IMG/VR virus record: IMGVR_UViG_3300043117_000068
Location: 1-29,723 of that record
DNA from: a virus
Taxonomy: Duplodnaviria; Caudoviricetes
Strand: one strand, 5' to 3'
Length of the DNA stretch: 29,723 bases
This document shows positions 1-7,765 of the stretch, piece by piece. The position numbers and the translations under genes were made by a program. Numbering within the stretch: the first letter of the stretch is position 1; each line of letters opens with the position of its first letter. The notes under the pieces were generated by a model that had not been told where the DNA came from, searched no databases, and worked only from the letters and a program-made list of their open reading frames with translations.

Positions 1-127
1 AAAAAAATAAATGTCGAGGTGGCACTAACGCCAGAGAAAATTGTTGTGCAGTTTGTGAAAATTGCCATAAATGGATTCACGAAACTTATGGTAATAACTA
101 TTACGATCCACGCAAATAACTCCTTGG
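1..127. repeat. Terminal direct repeat, left copy (circular-assembly overlap)
   Basis: 1-127 is identical to 29597-29723; 127 is a common de Bruijn k-mer size. Confidence 0.95.
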
Positions 128-174
128 AGGGGGTGTATATAAATATCTGCAACGCAGTATAATACACCTCCTCT
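126..174 (+). terminator. GC-rich hairpin after the HNH gene (terminator or processing stem)
   Basis: GGAGGGGGTGTAT (126-138) pairs with ATACACCTCCTCT (162-174), inner CTGC-AAC-GCAG; no clear U-tract. Confidence 0.55.
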
Positions 175-180
175 GGAAAC

Positions 181-209
181 TTGCCGTATAATTTCCCACA
201 TGATATATT
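181..209 (+). promoter_or_regulatory. Sigma70-type promoter
   Basis: TTGCCG-17 nt-TATATT with TGn extension, upstream of ORF 238. Confidence 0.6.
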
Positions 210-237
210 GTTAATGTTAAATTAAATATATATATTT

Positions 238-549
238 ATGAGTGAAGTAAAACTTACTAATCATAAAAGTCCCCAAATTTCGAGCAGTTTTAAGACCGAG
301 CATATTAAATTTGCGGAGGTTGTTGTTGTGTTAAGAAATGAACAGGGAAGCCCAATTGCTTCAGATGTCTGGAACTTTCAAACAGATAGCCTAGTTCAAT
401 TACATTATATGATAGATAAAAGAGAGGCAGAGTTAAACGACTTTAGAAAGAGAGAAGCTGAAGAAAATGAAGATATAGATTATAACCAAGAGAATTGGGA
501 TGTAGTTCAAATAAGATTTACAGAAACTCCGTATATTTGGAGTAAATAA
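238..549 (+). CDS. Hypothetical protein (103 aa)
   Basis: ORF with its own promoter and AT-rich leader TATATTTATG. Confidence 0.75.
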   Translation: MSEVKLTNHKSPQISSSFKTEHIKFAEVVVVLRNEQGSPIASDVWNFQTDSLVQLHYMIDKREAELNDFRKREAEENEDIDYNQENWDVVQIRFTETPYIWSK

Positions 550-573
550 CCAACTGTATACATTTTTTAACCA

Positions 574-674
574 CTCCCCTACTCTACTGCTTTTTTCAGG
601 TGGGGGAGGGGCAAAAATGCCATAACAAAGGCATTTGTGAAAAAAGGGGTATATCCTTAAAACGGAGTAGGGGA
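574..674. ncRNA. Intergenic nested inverted-repeat structure (candidate structured RNA or DNA element)
   Basis: 575-585 pairs 664-674; 590-598 pairs 638-646; 615-621 pairs 630-636; alternative stem 574-582 with 600-608. Confidence 0.4.
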
Positions 675-784
675 TAGTAAAATACTATAAAAATTATAAA
701 AGATTAATGCTACTTTTACCTATAATAATTTACTACAGAAACATTAATTATTAATAAAAATTATTAGAATCTCATTATAGGATA

Positions 785-813
785 TTGACATGAAAAATTA
801 GTAAAGTTATATT
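785..813 (+). promoter_or_regulatory. Sigma70 promoter of the replication operon
   Basis: TTGACA (785-790)-17 nt-TATATT (808-813). Confidence 0.8.
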
Positions 814-819
814 AACTTA

Positions 820-916
820 TGCTAAGTCGAGATATACATATATTTAGTCGAGGGATTTCAGGGGGAGGTTGTTGCTCGACTCAGCCTCTCTCTCAAGTCC
901 AATATGGAGGTTTTAA
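820..916 (+). promoter_or_regulatory. Structured 5' leader of the replication initiator
   Basis: Hairpin 853-900 (11-bp inner stem 861-871/882-892); loop CTCGACT complementary to AGTCGAG at 825-831 and 846-852; SD GGAGG at 906-910. Confidence 0.6.
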
Positions 917-1663
917 ATGAAAACAAGAATTTTATATCCAAAGGAGATCTGGCATGACAAGTCTTTCCACAAGTTATCCACAAGGGCGAAGAATCTTTCA
1001 CTATATTTAATTGCAAATGACAATTTAGGTCTTACACGTATGTATCCTCAAAAGGATCTAGAATTGCAATTTATTTTAGGACTTACTGAATCTACTTTAG
1101 AAAAATTAAAGAGGGAATTGGAAGAAGCTGAGCTATTTTATTTTTACAAAGAATGGGTTTTTATTAATAATGATTTTTCATATTGTGATTACGAAGGACG
1201 TGATAGAGTCATGCAAGCCAAGAAAAAAGAAGAAAGTTCAATTCCTAGCGATATAAAGGAATATTTTAAAGGGGTTAATAAGGGGTTAATAACAGGTTAT
1301 AAACCCCCTATAAACCATAAACCCAAAACCATAAACCATAAATCAAAAATAAAGAAAGAAGAAAAAGATGAAAAAAGAATCAATTATAGAGAAGAATTAA
1401 AAACACTTATGACTGGATGGAATAAACTAATGGGAACTAAGAAGACGAGCATTGAACCTATGGTAGATAATTATAAATACTGGAGAGAGCAGTATTCTCT
1501 AGAGCAGATTAAAGATGCTATTAAGAATTATGCCAAATATAAAAATAGCTATTGGAACAGAGATGCGGATTTAGTATTTTTATTTAGAACTAAAAATAGC
1601 AATGGTCCTTGTGACTATATTGCAGACTGGTTAAATCTTAAAAATAAGGTAATTAATAAATAA
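917..1663 (+). CDS. Phage replication initiator / replisome organizer
   Basis: N-terminal wHTH-like region (WHDKSFHKLS...LYLIAN), central low-complexity linker encoded by iteron-like repeats, C-terminal domain typical of phage initiators (YSLEQIKDAIKNY...YW...LVFLFR). Confidence 0.75.
   Translation: MKTRILYPKEIWHDKSFHKLSTRAKNLSLYLIANDNLGLTRMYPQKDLELQFILGLTESTLEKLKRELEEAELFYFYKEWVFINNDFSYCDYEGRDRVMQAKKKEESSIPSDIKEYFKGVNKGLITGYKPPINHKPKTINHKSKIKKEEKDEKRINYREELKTLMTGWNKLMGTKKTSIEPMVDNYKYWREQYSLEQIKDAIKNYAKYKNSYWNRDADLVFLFRTKNSNGPCDYIADWLNLKNKVINK
1269..1345. repeat. Iteron-like repeats; putative replication origin inside the initiator gene
   Basis: AAGGGGTTAAT twice plus a degenerate third copy (1269-1301), five tandem TAAACCA-like 7-mers (1311-1345), then an A-rich tract. 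Confidence 0.65.
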
Positions 1664-1681
1664 TTTTTTATAATAAGTTTC

Positions 1682-1915
1682 ATGGAAGATAAATATATAA
1701 ATGTAAATGACCTGGGAATGGTTGTTAGGGATAGACTTAAAAAAGGTGTTAGTATGTCTTGTATTCACTTTGATGATAAAGACAACTCATATACACTAAG
1801 TAAAAGAGCAATGAACGATTTTGAAAATTTCTTTTTATGGCTTTCAGGTAGTAGCAATTATTTGAAATCAAATAGAATACCTTCAAGGCAAGAACAGGAA
1901 ATATGGGAAGATTAA
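1682..1915 (+). CDS. Hypothetical protein
   Basis: 77-aa ORF in operon order. Confidence 0.7.
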   Translation: MEDKYINVNDLGMVVRDRLKKGVSMSCIHFDDKDNSYTLSKRAMNDFENFFLWLSGSSNYLKSNRIPSRQEQEIWED

Positions 1916-1937
1916 TTTTATTAATATATATTAAAAT

Positions 1938-2135
1938 ATGGTTTACGCAGTAAAAAAATACACAAATTATCCTAAGAAGAGTTTAGTAGATCCTGTAATA
2001 CGGATTTATAATAATCAAATCGAAGCACAAGAGAAGGTAGCAAGCCTTAGACAAACCGTTAATATAGAGGGGGATTTTTATATAGAACCTTTAGAAAAAT
2101 ATCAGATGTCTACACGAAACTCGAAAAGGGGTTGA
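1938..2135 (+). CDS. Hypothetical protein
   Basis: 65-aa ORF with AT-rich leader. Confidence 0.7.
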   Translation: MVYAVKKYTNYPKKSLVDPVIRIYNNQIEAQEKVASLRQTVNIEGDFYIEPLEKYQMSTRNSKRG

Positions 2136-2160
2136 CAAACATTCAACCATAGGTTACTAT
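2132..2160 (+). promoter_or_regulatory. Sigma70 promoter of the recombination operon
   Basis: TTGACA (2132-2137)-17 nt-TACTAT (2155-2160). Confidence 0.8.
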
Positions 2161-2197
2161 GTATTAGATCATATATAAATTATAAAAAGTCGAGTGT

Positions 2198-2392
2198 ATG
2201 AAAAGTTTTAATACATTAGCTTCATATAAAAGATACCAACGCAAAATGCGATGGAGAAATTTCAAGGAAACGATTTTCGATGTCCTACGAAGTGTAGGAG
2301 GAAGCATTATGATTATGGTGTTTCTTTTCATTTTATTTCTTTCCATATGGGGTGTAGTTGAGTCATTATCTAAGTTATTAACAATATATTAA
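2198..2392 (+). CDS. Small membrane protein
   Basis: Basic N-terminus and one hydrophobic helix; TAATG overlap with the next gene. Confidence 0.7.
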   Translation: MKSFNTLASYKRYQRKMRWRNFKETIFDVLRSVGGSIMIMVFLFILFLSIWGVVESLSKLLTIY

Positions 2393-3225
2393 TGGCAAAG
2401 TCAGAAAAATATCAAAGTATAAAAGATTTAGAGCTGCTTAAGGGTATAGAAAACCCACAGGAAGAGCTAACACTTTTACGAAAGTTAGTAGTTATAAGAT
2501 CGGGAATTTCAGGAATTACTAAAGATTCCGAAAGTTATAATTACAAATATATTTCTGGTGATCAGATATTAAACAAGATAAAAGATGCAATGGATTATTT
2601 GGGTGTAGTATTAATTCCTAAGCTAAATGATATTAATAGAGAGTCTTTAGAATTTGAAGTAGAGAAGAAGAATAAAAATGGCGAAAGTTATATGGCGATT
2701 AAAAGGGAATTCATTGTAGACGGTAATTTAACATATGTTTGGATAAACGCCTATAATAAAGACGACACATATGAAGTGCCTTGGTATTTAGTAGGAATGC
2801 AATCTGATGACCCATCTAAGGCATTTGGGACAGGATTAACTTACTCAGAGAGATATTTTATACTCAAATTCTTTAACATAGCTACTGATGAAGACGATCC
2901 AGATAATAAAAAACAGAGTAAGACTATATCACACTACAAGCATACTAATAAAAGTTATAAGAATAAGTCAAACAATACAGGAAACGAAACTATCACAGAT
3001 GCACAGCTTTGGAGGTTACAGGAGGATATGAAGACTTTAGATATTACATGGAGTACTAGCGGACTTAAAGATAAGTACGGCGACATGAAAAAACTAACAA
3101 AGGTAACAGCTTCAGACCTTATTGGTAAGCTACAGCAAAGAATTGAAAGTGGTGACAAAAGTGTCAAAGATAAAATATCAGAAACAAAAAGGGAGGTAGA
3201 AGACTATGAGCAACAAACTAGATAA
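2392..3225 (+). CDS. ERF-family ssDNA-annealing recombinase
   Basis: Motifs ITKD..YNYKY, DPSKAFGTGLTYSERYFILKFFNIATDEDDPD; C-terminal ITDAQL module. Confidence 0.9.
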   Translation: MAKSEKYQSIKDLELLKGIENPQEELTLLRKLVVIRSGISGITKDSESYNYKYISGDQILNKIKDAMDYLGVVLIPKLNDINRESLEFEVEKKNKNGESYMAIKREFIVDGNLTYVWINAYNKDDTYEVPWYLVGMQSDDPSKAFGTGLTYSERYFILKFFNIATDEDDPDNKKQSKTISHYKHTNKSYKNKSNNTGNETITDAQLWRLQEDMKTLDITWSTSGLKDKYGDMKKLTKVTASDLIGKLQQRIESGDKSVKDKISETKREVEDYEQQTR

Positions 3226-3574
3226 ACAGTTACAGGTGGTTAGGGATTTGGAGCATGAGAAGAGGGGAATAGAGGAACAGTTAAAAGTAGAGAGAGAGTA
3301 CCTAGAGGAGCTAATGAATATAGATGAAATAGATACGTATAAGTCAACATATGGAACAGCTTCGATTGTTCGTAGACAGGATTTAAAAATAAAAGATAAG
3401 GATAGTTTTCTAAAGTATCTTAAGGATAATAGAAAGACAGAATACATAGAGATAGTGCCTGAACATGAAGAGATACAAACTAAAAAGTTGAGAGAAGATT
3501 TGAGTAAAGGGGTGTTGAAAGAATTAGAGGGTATAGAACTAGAGACCTCAGAATCCATTAGGATTAGATTTTAG
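3206..3574 (+). CDS. Gp157/Gam-like coiled-coil protein
   Basis: N-terminal coiled coil, YGTASIVRR, C-terminal GIELETSESIRIRF; adjacent to ERF. Confidence 0.6.
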   Translation: MSNKLDKQLQVVRDLEHEKRGIEEQLKVEREYLEELMNIDEIDTYKSTYGTASIVRRQDLKIKDKDSFLKYLKDNRKTEYIEIVPEHEEIQTKKLREDLSKGVLKELEGIELETSESIRIRF

Positions 3575-3593
3575 GTGGCTCTTTAAAACTAAA

Positions 3594-3715
3594 TAGGGGG
3601 TATCCAAAGGAGTAAGGTAAATCTAACACTTAAGGTTGGATGTGGTAAGCGAAAGCTCACAGGGTTTTGTTAGACCTAATAGATCCGTTGCATGATTTGA
3701 ATTCATGCCCCCCTA
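3594..3715 (+). ncRNA. tRNA-like RNA with anticodon loop replaced by a ~54-nt structured insert
   Basis: Acceptor TAGGGGG/CCCCCTA, D-arm-like TATCCAAAGGAGTAAGGTA, stem ATCTA (3621-3625)/TAGAT (3680-3684), T-arm CATGA-TTTGAAT-TCATG. Confidence 0.6.
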
Positions 3716-3720
3716 TTTAC

Positions 3721-3757
3721 ACCCTTTTAACTGGTTTCTAACTAGTTATTAAAGGGT
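3721..3757 (+). terminator. Long hairpin immediately 3' of tRNA-like element 1
   Basis: ACCCTTT/AAAGGGT plus TAACTGGTT/AACTAGTTA. Confidence 0.55.
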
Positions 3758-3782
3758 TTAGATAACTTTAGTAATAGTATTA

Positions 3783-4034
3783 ATGGACAGGATTCAAAAA
3801 GAGCTGATTGATGAAATATATAAGATATTTGAGTCAGATCGGTTAAAAATAAGCGAAGTAGAAATGACTAATCATCCTATTGGAATTAGGATAGCATTAG
3901 ACAAGCCTACAAACTCTACGGAAGATATACAGAGAATATTTAAACAACTTGCAGGCTCAGAATACTTTGTATTGATTGAGTTTCATTGGTATAAGGATGC
4001 ATATCCTGAATTTATAATAACTAAGATTGAGTAA
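3783..4034 (+). CDS. Hypothetical protein
   Basis: 83-aa ORF. Confidence 0.7.
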   Translation: MDRIQKELIDEIYKIFESDRLKISEVEMTNHPIGIRIALDKPTNSTEDIQRIFKQLAGSEYFVLIEFHWYKDAYPEFIITKIE

Positions 4035-4452
4035 TACGGGTAGAATGATAAAGATTAAACACTTAATAACAGTTGAAAAAGGAAAGGTAAAGTTTAATAA
4101 CTTAGAACTTTTTAATCAGGACTTAAGAAATTATGAAGGGAAAGAAGCATATATAATTATCAAGCCTTTTAGAAAGAATAGATCTGATAATCAGAACAGA
4201 TATTATTGGGGAGTAGTAATAAAAATATTATCAGATGAAATAGGATTTGAACCCGATGAAATGCACGAAATTTTGAAACAGAAATTTTTAACACGAGAAA
4301 CCTTGAGAATAGGAAATGAAGATTTTATAGTTGCCAAACCTACTCATAATATGAATACTACAGAATTTGAGGAATACTTATCTCATATTAGAACTTGGGC
4401 ATCTATTGACATGAATATTATAATTCCTCAACCCAATGATATAGAATATTAA
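4027..4452 (+). CDS. NinB-like recombination protein (start may be ATG 4045)
   Basis: RSDNQNRYYWG...MHEILKQKFL...NTTEFEEYL..I..WA...IP.P pattern. Confidence 0.75.
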   Translation: MSNTGRMIKIKHLITVEKGKVKFNNLELFNQDLRNYEGKEAYIIIKPFRKNRSDNQNRYYWGVVIKILSDEIGFEPDEMHEILKQKFLTRETLRIGNEDFIVAKPTHNMNTTEFEEYLSHIRTWASIDMNIIIPQPNDIEY

Positions 4453-4479
4453 AATAAATTAAATTAAGCAAATAAGTAT

Positions 4480-4764
4480 ATGGAAAATAGAAAACTAACA
4501 ATAGTGAGTGATAAAGAATATATGCTAACAAAGGAGGAAATAGACTATTTAAAACAGTTGTTCGGAGCTTGGAATGAAACAGAAGAGAAGATAGTATTTA
4601 CACCTGATGCTTTTTTAACTGTTGCAGAGATGACAGAGGTTTTAGGTTGTTCAAAAGCAGCCATATACAAAAGAGCTAAGAATAAAAATAACGGTTGTGA
4701 TTTGGAAACTAGACATGGCGTTAAAGGTGTTACATTTGACAATTTAGTTAAGAATTGGATGTAA
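4480..4764 (+). CDS. HTH DNA-binding protein
   Basis: LTVAEMTEVLGCSKAAIYKR helix-turn-helix. Confidence 0.7.
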   Translation: MENRKLTIVSDKEYMLTKEEIDYLKQLFGAWNETEEKIVFTPDAFLTVAEMTEVLGCSKAAIYKRAKNKNNGCDLETRHGVKGVTFDNLVKNWM

Positions 4765-4766
4765 AT

Positions 4767-5111
4767 ATGACAAACTATATTAAGAGATTAGAAAACATAC
4801 TAAATCAAGAGGACCTTAATATAAAGATAAGTCTTAAGAGTATAAAGAAATTCTTGGTAGAGGATGAAAATTTTGATGATGATAATTGTAATCCTCGTTA
4901 CTACATTATATTCTCAGATAGGAAGACTAAAGATCAATATGTTTTACCTGTAGAAGTAGATAAAGACGAATGGAGAGATATTGCAAACTTTATAAAAGGA
5001 AACGTATTAAATGAATTGTTCAACGAAAGACAAATTGATAGAAGACTTATAGAAGAGAAATTGGCTATTTTATTTGATGATGAATATAGCGAATATGGAG
5101 AAGATCTATAA
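4767..5111 (+). CDS. Hypothetical acidic protein (start ATG 4767 or 4755)
   Basis: ORF track; operon continuity. Confidence 0.7.
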   Translation: MTNYIKRLENILNQEDLNIKISLKSIKKFLVEDENFDDDNCNPRYYIIFSDRKTKDQYVLPVEVDKDEWRDIANFIKGNVLNELFNERQIDRRLIEEKLAILFDDEYSEYGEDL

Positions 5112-5661
5112 TTACATTTTATTTGTATTTATTTGTATATATACAATTACGGTATTAATGGTTGGTAATAAGCAGAGAGCAATTACAGAGGTTGAAGAGA
5201 AACCTGTAATAGGAAATCCAATGCAAGTTACAACAGTATATGCTACCACTGAAAATATAAAGGTCGCAAAAGTTACAAAGGAAATGCAATTAGAGGGTGT
5301 TAGGAAGTATGTGCTGCAAGGCTATAAGGGTTCGAGGATAGATGAAAGTTATTATAATTTATTAGTAGAACATTGTGACATAGAGACACTAAAAACTGTA
5401 ATTGCTATTTCGGTAGCAGAAACTGGCATGGGAAGTGCTACGCCAAGCAGACAGAGTAACTTCTGGGGATACTTTAAGGGTGGAGATAGGTCATACGACC
5501 CTGACAGGGAAACAATGGCTAAGGTTATATGTAGGGGTATTAAGAGTGCATACTCTGATATTGGTACTAACATGGCGAAGGTTAACAGATATACTAACAA
5601 TAATCACGCTTATACTTGGATCAGAAACTTTAATGTGGCAATGAGTGCAATGTCTAAATAA
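5095..5661 (+). CDS. Membrane-anchored lysozyme/glucosaminidase-like protein (likely start ATG 5095)
   Basis: N-terminal TM helix; VIAISVAETGMG (putative catalytic Glu), NFWGY, terminal helix with W...V. Confidence 0.65.
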   Translation: MEKIYNYILFVFICIYTITVLMVGNKQRAITEVEEKPVIGNPMQVTTVYATTENIKVAKVTKEMQLEGVRKYVLQGYKGSRIDESYYNLLVEHCDIETLKTVIAISVAETGMGSATPSRQSNFWGYFKGGDRSYDPDRETMAKVICRGIKSAYSDIGTNMAKVNRYTNNNHAYTWIRNFNVAMSAMSK

Positions 5662-5677
5662 ATTTAAATCTAAATAG

Positions 5678-5860
5678 ATGTTTTATTTAATAAGAATTAC
5701 AGGTTATGCATGGGTCATATTTTTTGTAATTAATTTTCTAATGGGTTTAAAATTAATTAAAGAGGGAAAACAAACTTGGGGGGGTTGGATTTACAATATG
5801 ATTATATTTTTGACTTTAGCCCCTATTATTTTATATGCAATCGGAGTTATAGGGTATTGA
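5678..5860 (+). CDS. Small two-TM membrane protein
   Basis: Two hydrophobic segments. Confidence 0.7.
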   Translation: MFYLIRITGYAWVIFFVINFLMGLKLIKEGKQTWGGWIYNMIIFLTLAPIILYAIGVIGY

Positions 5861-5886
5861 CGCAGGGTTGAAAATTGTTATACTAT
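5857..5886 (+). promoter_or_regulatory. Sigma70 promoter
   Basis: TTGACG (5857-5862) followed by TGtTATACT/TACTAT (5876-5886); TACTATGTA shared with the promoter at 2132. Confidence 0.65.
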
Positions 5887-5929
5887 GTAATGTAGTAAGT
5901 ATGATATATAATTTGTTAAGTATAAAAAT

Positions 5930-6151
5930 ATGGAAATGTGGCAAACGAAACCAATCCTAATGTGTAGACGGAACTTATTAGGAGAACATAACGAACTGCA
6001 TAAACATACAAAGAACTTTCAAATAAAGTATTTTACTAAGTGTTGTGGCAGAGAGGTCATAGGAGAAGTGATAGACAATATAGGTATGTGTCCAGAGTGT
6101 CATGAGTGGTCTGGTGTTGATGCTATAGTATCTAATCTTAGCCATAAGTAG
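5930..6151 (+). CDS. Chimeric ORF: pyrimidine-dimer glycosylase (DenV-like) N-terminal fragment plus Zn-ribbon
   Basis: MEMW..P..MCRRNLLGEHNELH motif, then CCG...CPEC. Confidence 0.55.
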   Translation: MEMWQTKPILMCRRNLLGEHNELHKHTKNFQIKYFTKCCGREVIGEVIDNIGMCPECHEWSGVDAIVSNLSHK

Positions 6152-6152
6152 C

Positions 6153-6458
6153 ATGAATTTATACGATTTAGTTAAATTAGTTATGATGGAGTCTGGTGAT
6201 ACTAGAAGTAGCGATAAAAGACTTATTTGGGAGGTTTTACGTAAAAGGGGTTTGATTACAAAAATTTGGACAGAAGACAAGGTGTTTGAGGGTATTACCT
6301 GGAATGATTTAAAACAAGCTCCAACCTTTGAGTCTATAACTAGGGCAAGGCGAAAGGTACAAGAACAGCACCCAGAGTTACAAGCGGTGGAGGATGTAAA
6401 GAAAAAGAGAGATCAGTTAGCTGATGGGCATCCAATTAATATATTTAGTCAGTTATAA
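6153..6458 (+). CDS. Conserved phage hypothetical protein (HTH-like)
   Basis: TRSSDKRLIWEV...ESITRARRKVQEQHPEL motif. Confidence 0.7.
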   Translation: MNLYDLVKLVMMESGDTRSSDKRLIWEVLRKRGLITKIWTEDKVFEGITWNDLKQAPTFESITRARRKVQEQHPELQAVEDVKKKRDQLADGHPINIFSQL

Positions 6459-6481
6459 TTTAATTTTTATTATATATTTAT

Positions 6482-7216
6482 ATGCAAAATAAAAACTTTT
6501 CTAATCTTACCAACGAGCAGATAATAAAGCTGTCTCATGAACAGATAGAAGAATATGCGAAGAAAGAGGCAATACAAAAGGGTGTCAAATTCGTTGAAAG
6601 GTCTGTTGATGAGCCAAAGCAACCCTCGTTACGATATACTGGTGGACCAGATATTTATAGGTTGGAAATAAAGATTTGTTCACCTGATAAAGAGTCTTTA
6701 GATAGAATACTAGAACATGCTTTACCTAAAATTAGAGAGCTTAACATAGTTACTACCGAAAAGAGAGGTGCATACACTAGCCCAATAACAGCGTATAAGG
6801 TGGTAGAGGGTAAGTCTTGGGACACCAAATGGGAGATAGAAAAGGTTGTAGATGGTCACCTGATAATGAGTGATGATGAATGGAATGAGCAATTTAAGTT
6901 AATTGAACATTATGAAAAGCAATTAGAGAGCTTTGAAAAACAGGCAGATGATAGGAGTCAATATATAGAAATTAAGAACAAATATTATGATAAAGTATAT
7001 GAAGCCATACAGGAACATGAGGAGTTAATAAAAAATGTTGGTGTGTTTGGCGAGTATGTCTCAGTTGAAGAAGATATAGAAAAGGCAAAGAAGTATTATA
7101 AAACTGCATATAAAACATCCGAAAAGGGTCTAGATAGAATAGTTGATAAGTGGGAAGAGCTTCGAAAAACAGAAGACAAAAAAACATCTAATAGTTTAGA
7201 AAAAGAAGACAAGTGA
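6482..7216 (+). CDS. Hypothetical protein (244 aa, partly coiled-coil)
   Basis: Long ORF. Confidence 0.8.
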   Translation: MQNKNFSNLTNEQIIKLSHEQIEEYAKKEAIQKGVKFVERSVDEPKQPSLRYTGGPDIYRLEIKICSPDKESLDRILEHALPKIRELNIVTTEKRGAYTSPITAYKVVEGKSWDTKWEIEKVVDGHLIMSDDEWNEQFKLIEHYEKQLESFEKQADDRSQYIEIKNKYYDKVYEAIQEHEELIKNVGVFGEYVSVEEDIEKAKKYYKTAYKTSEKGLDRIVDKWEELRKTEDKKTSNSLEKEDK

Positions 7217-7389
7217 AAAAAGAGCTGGCTTGTGAATTATCAAAATATTATAAAGTACCAATAAGTTGGATATATGAAGATACTAAGTATTGGGAAAACA
7301 CTTACGGTTTTACGTTTGTCAGTTTGAAGCTAGTACTTAAAGAGCTTGTTAAGGACTTTATAAATATATTTAATAAAAACAAAGAATGA
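7213..7389 (+). CDS. Hypothetical protein (58 aa, not in ORF track)
   Basis: GTG start overlaps the upstream TGA and its TGA overlaps the downstream ATG; MKKELACELSKYYKVP... Confidence 0.65.
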   Translation: MKKELACELSKYYKVPISWIYEDTKYWENTYGFTFVSLKLVLKELVKDFINIFNKNKE

Positions 7390-7754
7390 AGTGTCCGTAT
7401 TGTGGGAAAAAGGCAGAATGGGTAGAAAATAAAGAGATATATGGCAAAAACTATGGTAAATCATATATGGCGTATTTTTGCAGGGACTGTGATGCCTACG
7501 TAGGGTGTCACAATAACAGTGTAATACCGAAGGGTACATTGGCAAATAAAGAACTGAGAGAGTTAAGAATAAAGTGTCATGAAATAATAGATCCTATTTG
7601 GAGGTATCAAGGTATAAAAAGAAAGGTTTTATATAAGGCTTTGAGTAGATGGTGGGGAGGCGAGTTTCATATAGGATGGTTAAGGGAGGATGATTGTAAA
7701 TATTTTATTAAGAATTTTGATCTCAAAAGCTTAGAATTGCAAAAAGGTCGTTAA
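7386..7754 (+). CDS. DUF3268-family zinc-finger protein
   Basis: CPYCG...C..CDAYVGCH...GTLANKELR...H..IDPIW...HIG. Confidence 0.85.
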   Translation: MKCPYCGKKAEWVENKEIYGKNYGKSYMAYFCRDCDAYVGCHNNSVIPKGTLANKELRELRIKCHEIIDPIWRYQGIKRKVLYKALSRWWGGEFHIGWLREDDCKYFIKNFDLKSLELQKGR

Positions 7755-7765
7755 TAACAGAATAT

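Noticed and set aside
1-127. Biological terminal repeat
   Set aside because: The length of exactly 127 and the position mid-gene fit an assembler k-mer overlap better
846-892. H-type pseudoknot in the initiator leader
   Set aside because: There is no linker between 881 and 882 and the stem is long; alternative or trans pairing is more plausible
1269-1345. CRISPR-like or mini-array
   Set aside because: Short tandem units without spacers, inside a CDS; better explained as iterons
3621-3641. Ochre-suppressor anticodon arm (ATCTAAC-ACTTAAG-GTTGGAT with central TTA)
   Set aside because: No U33, a 7-bp stem, and TAA is the dominant stop with intact genes, so there is no sign of recoding
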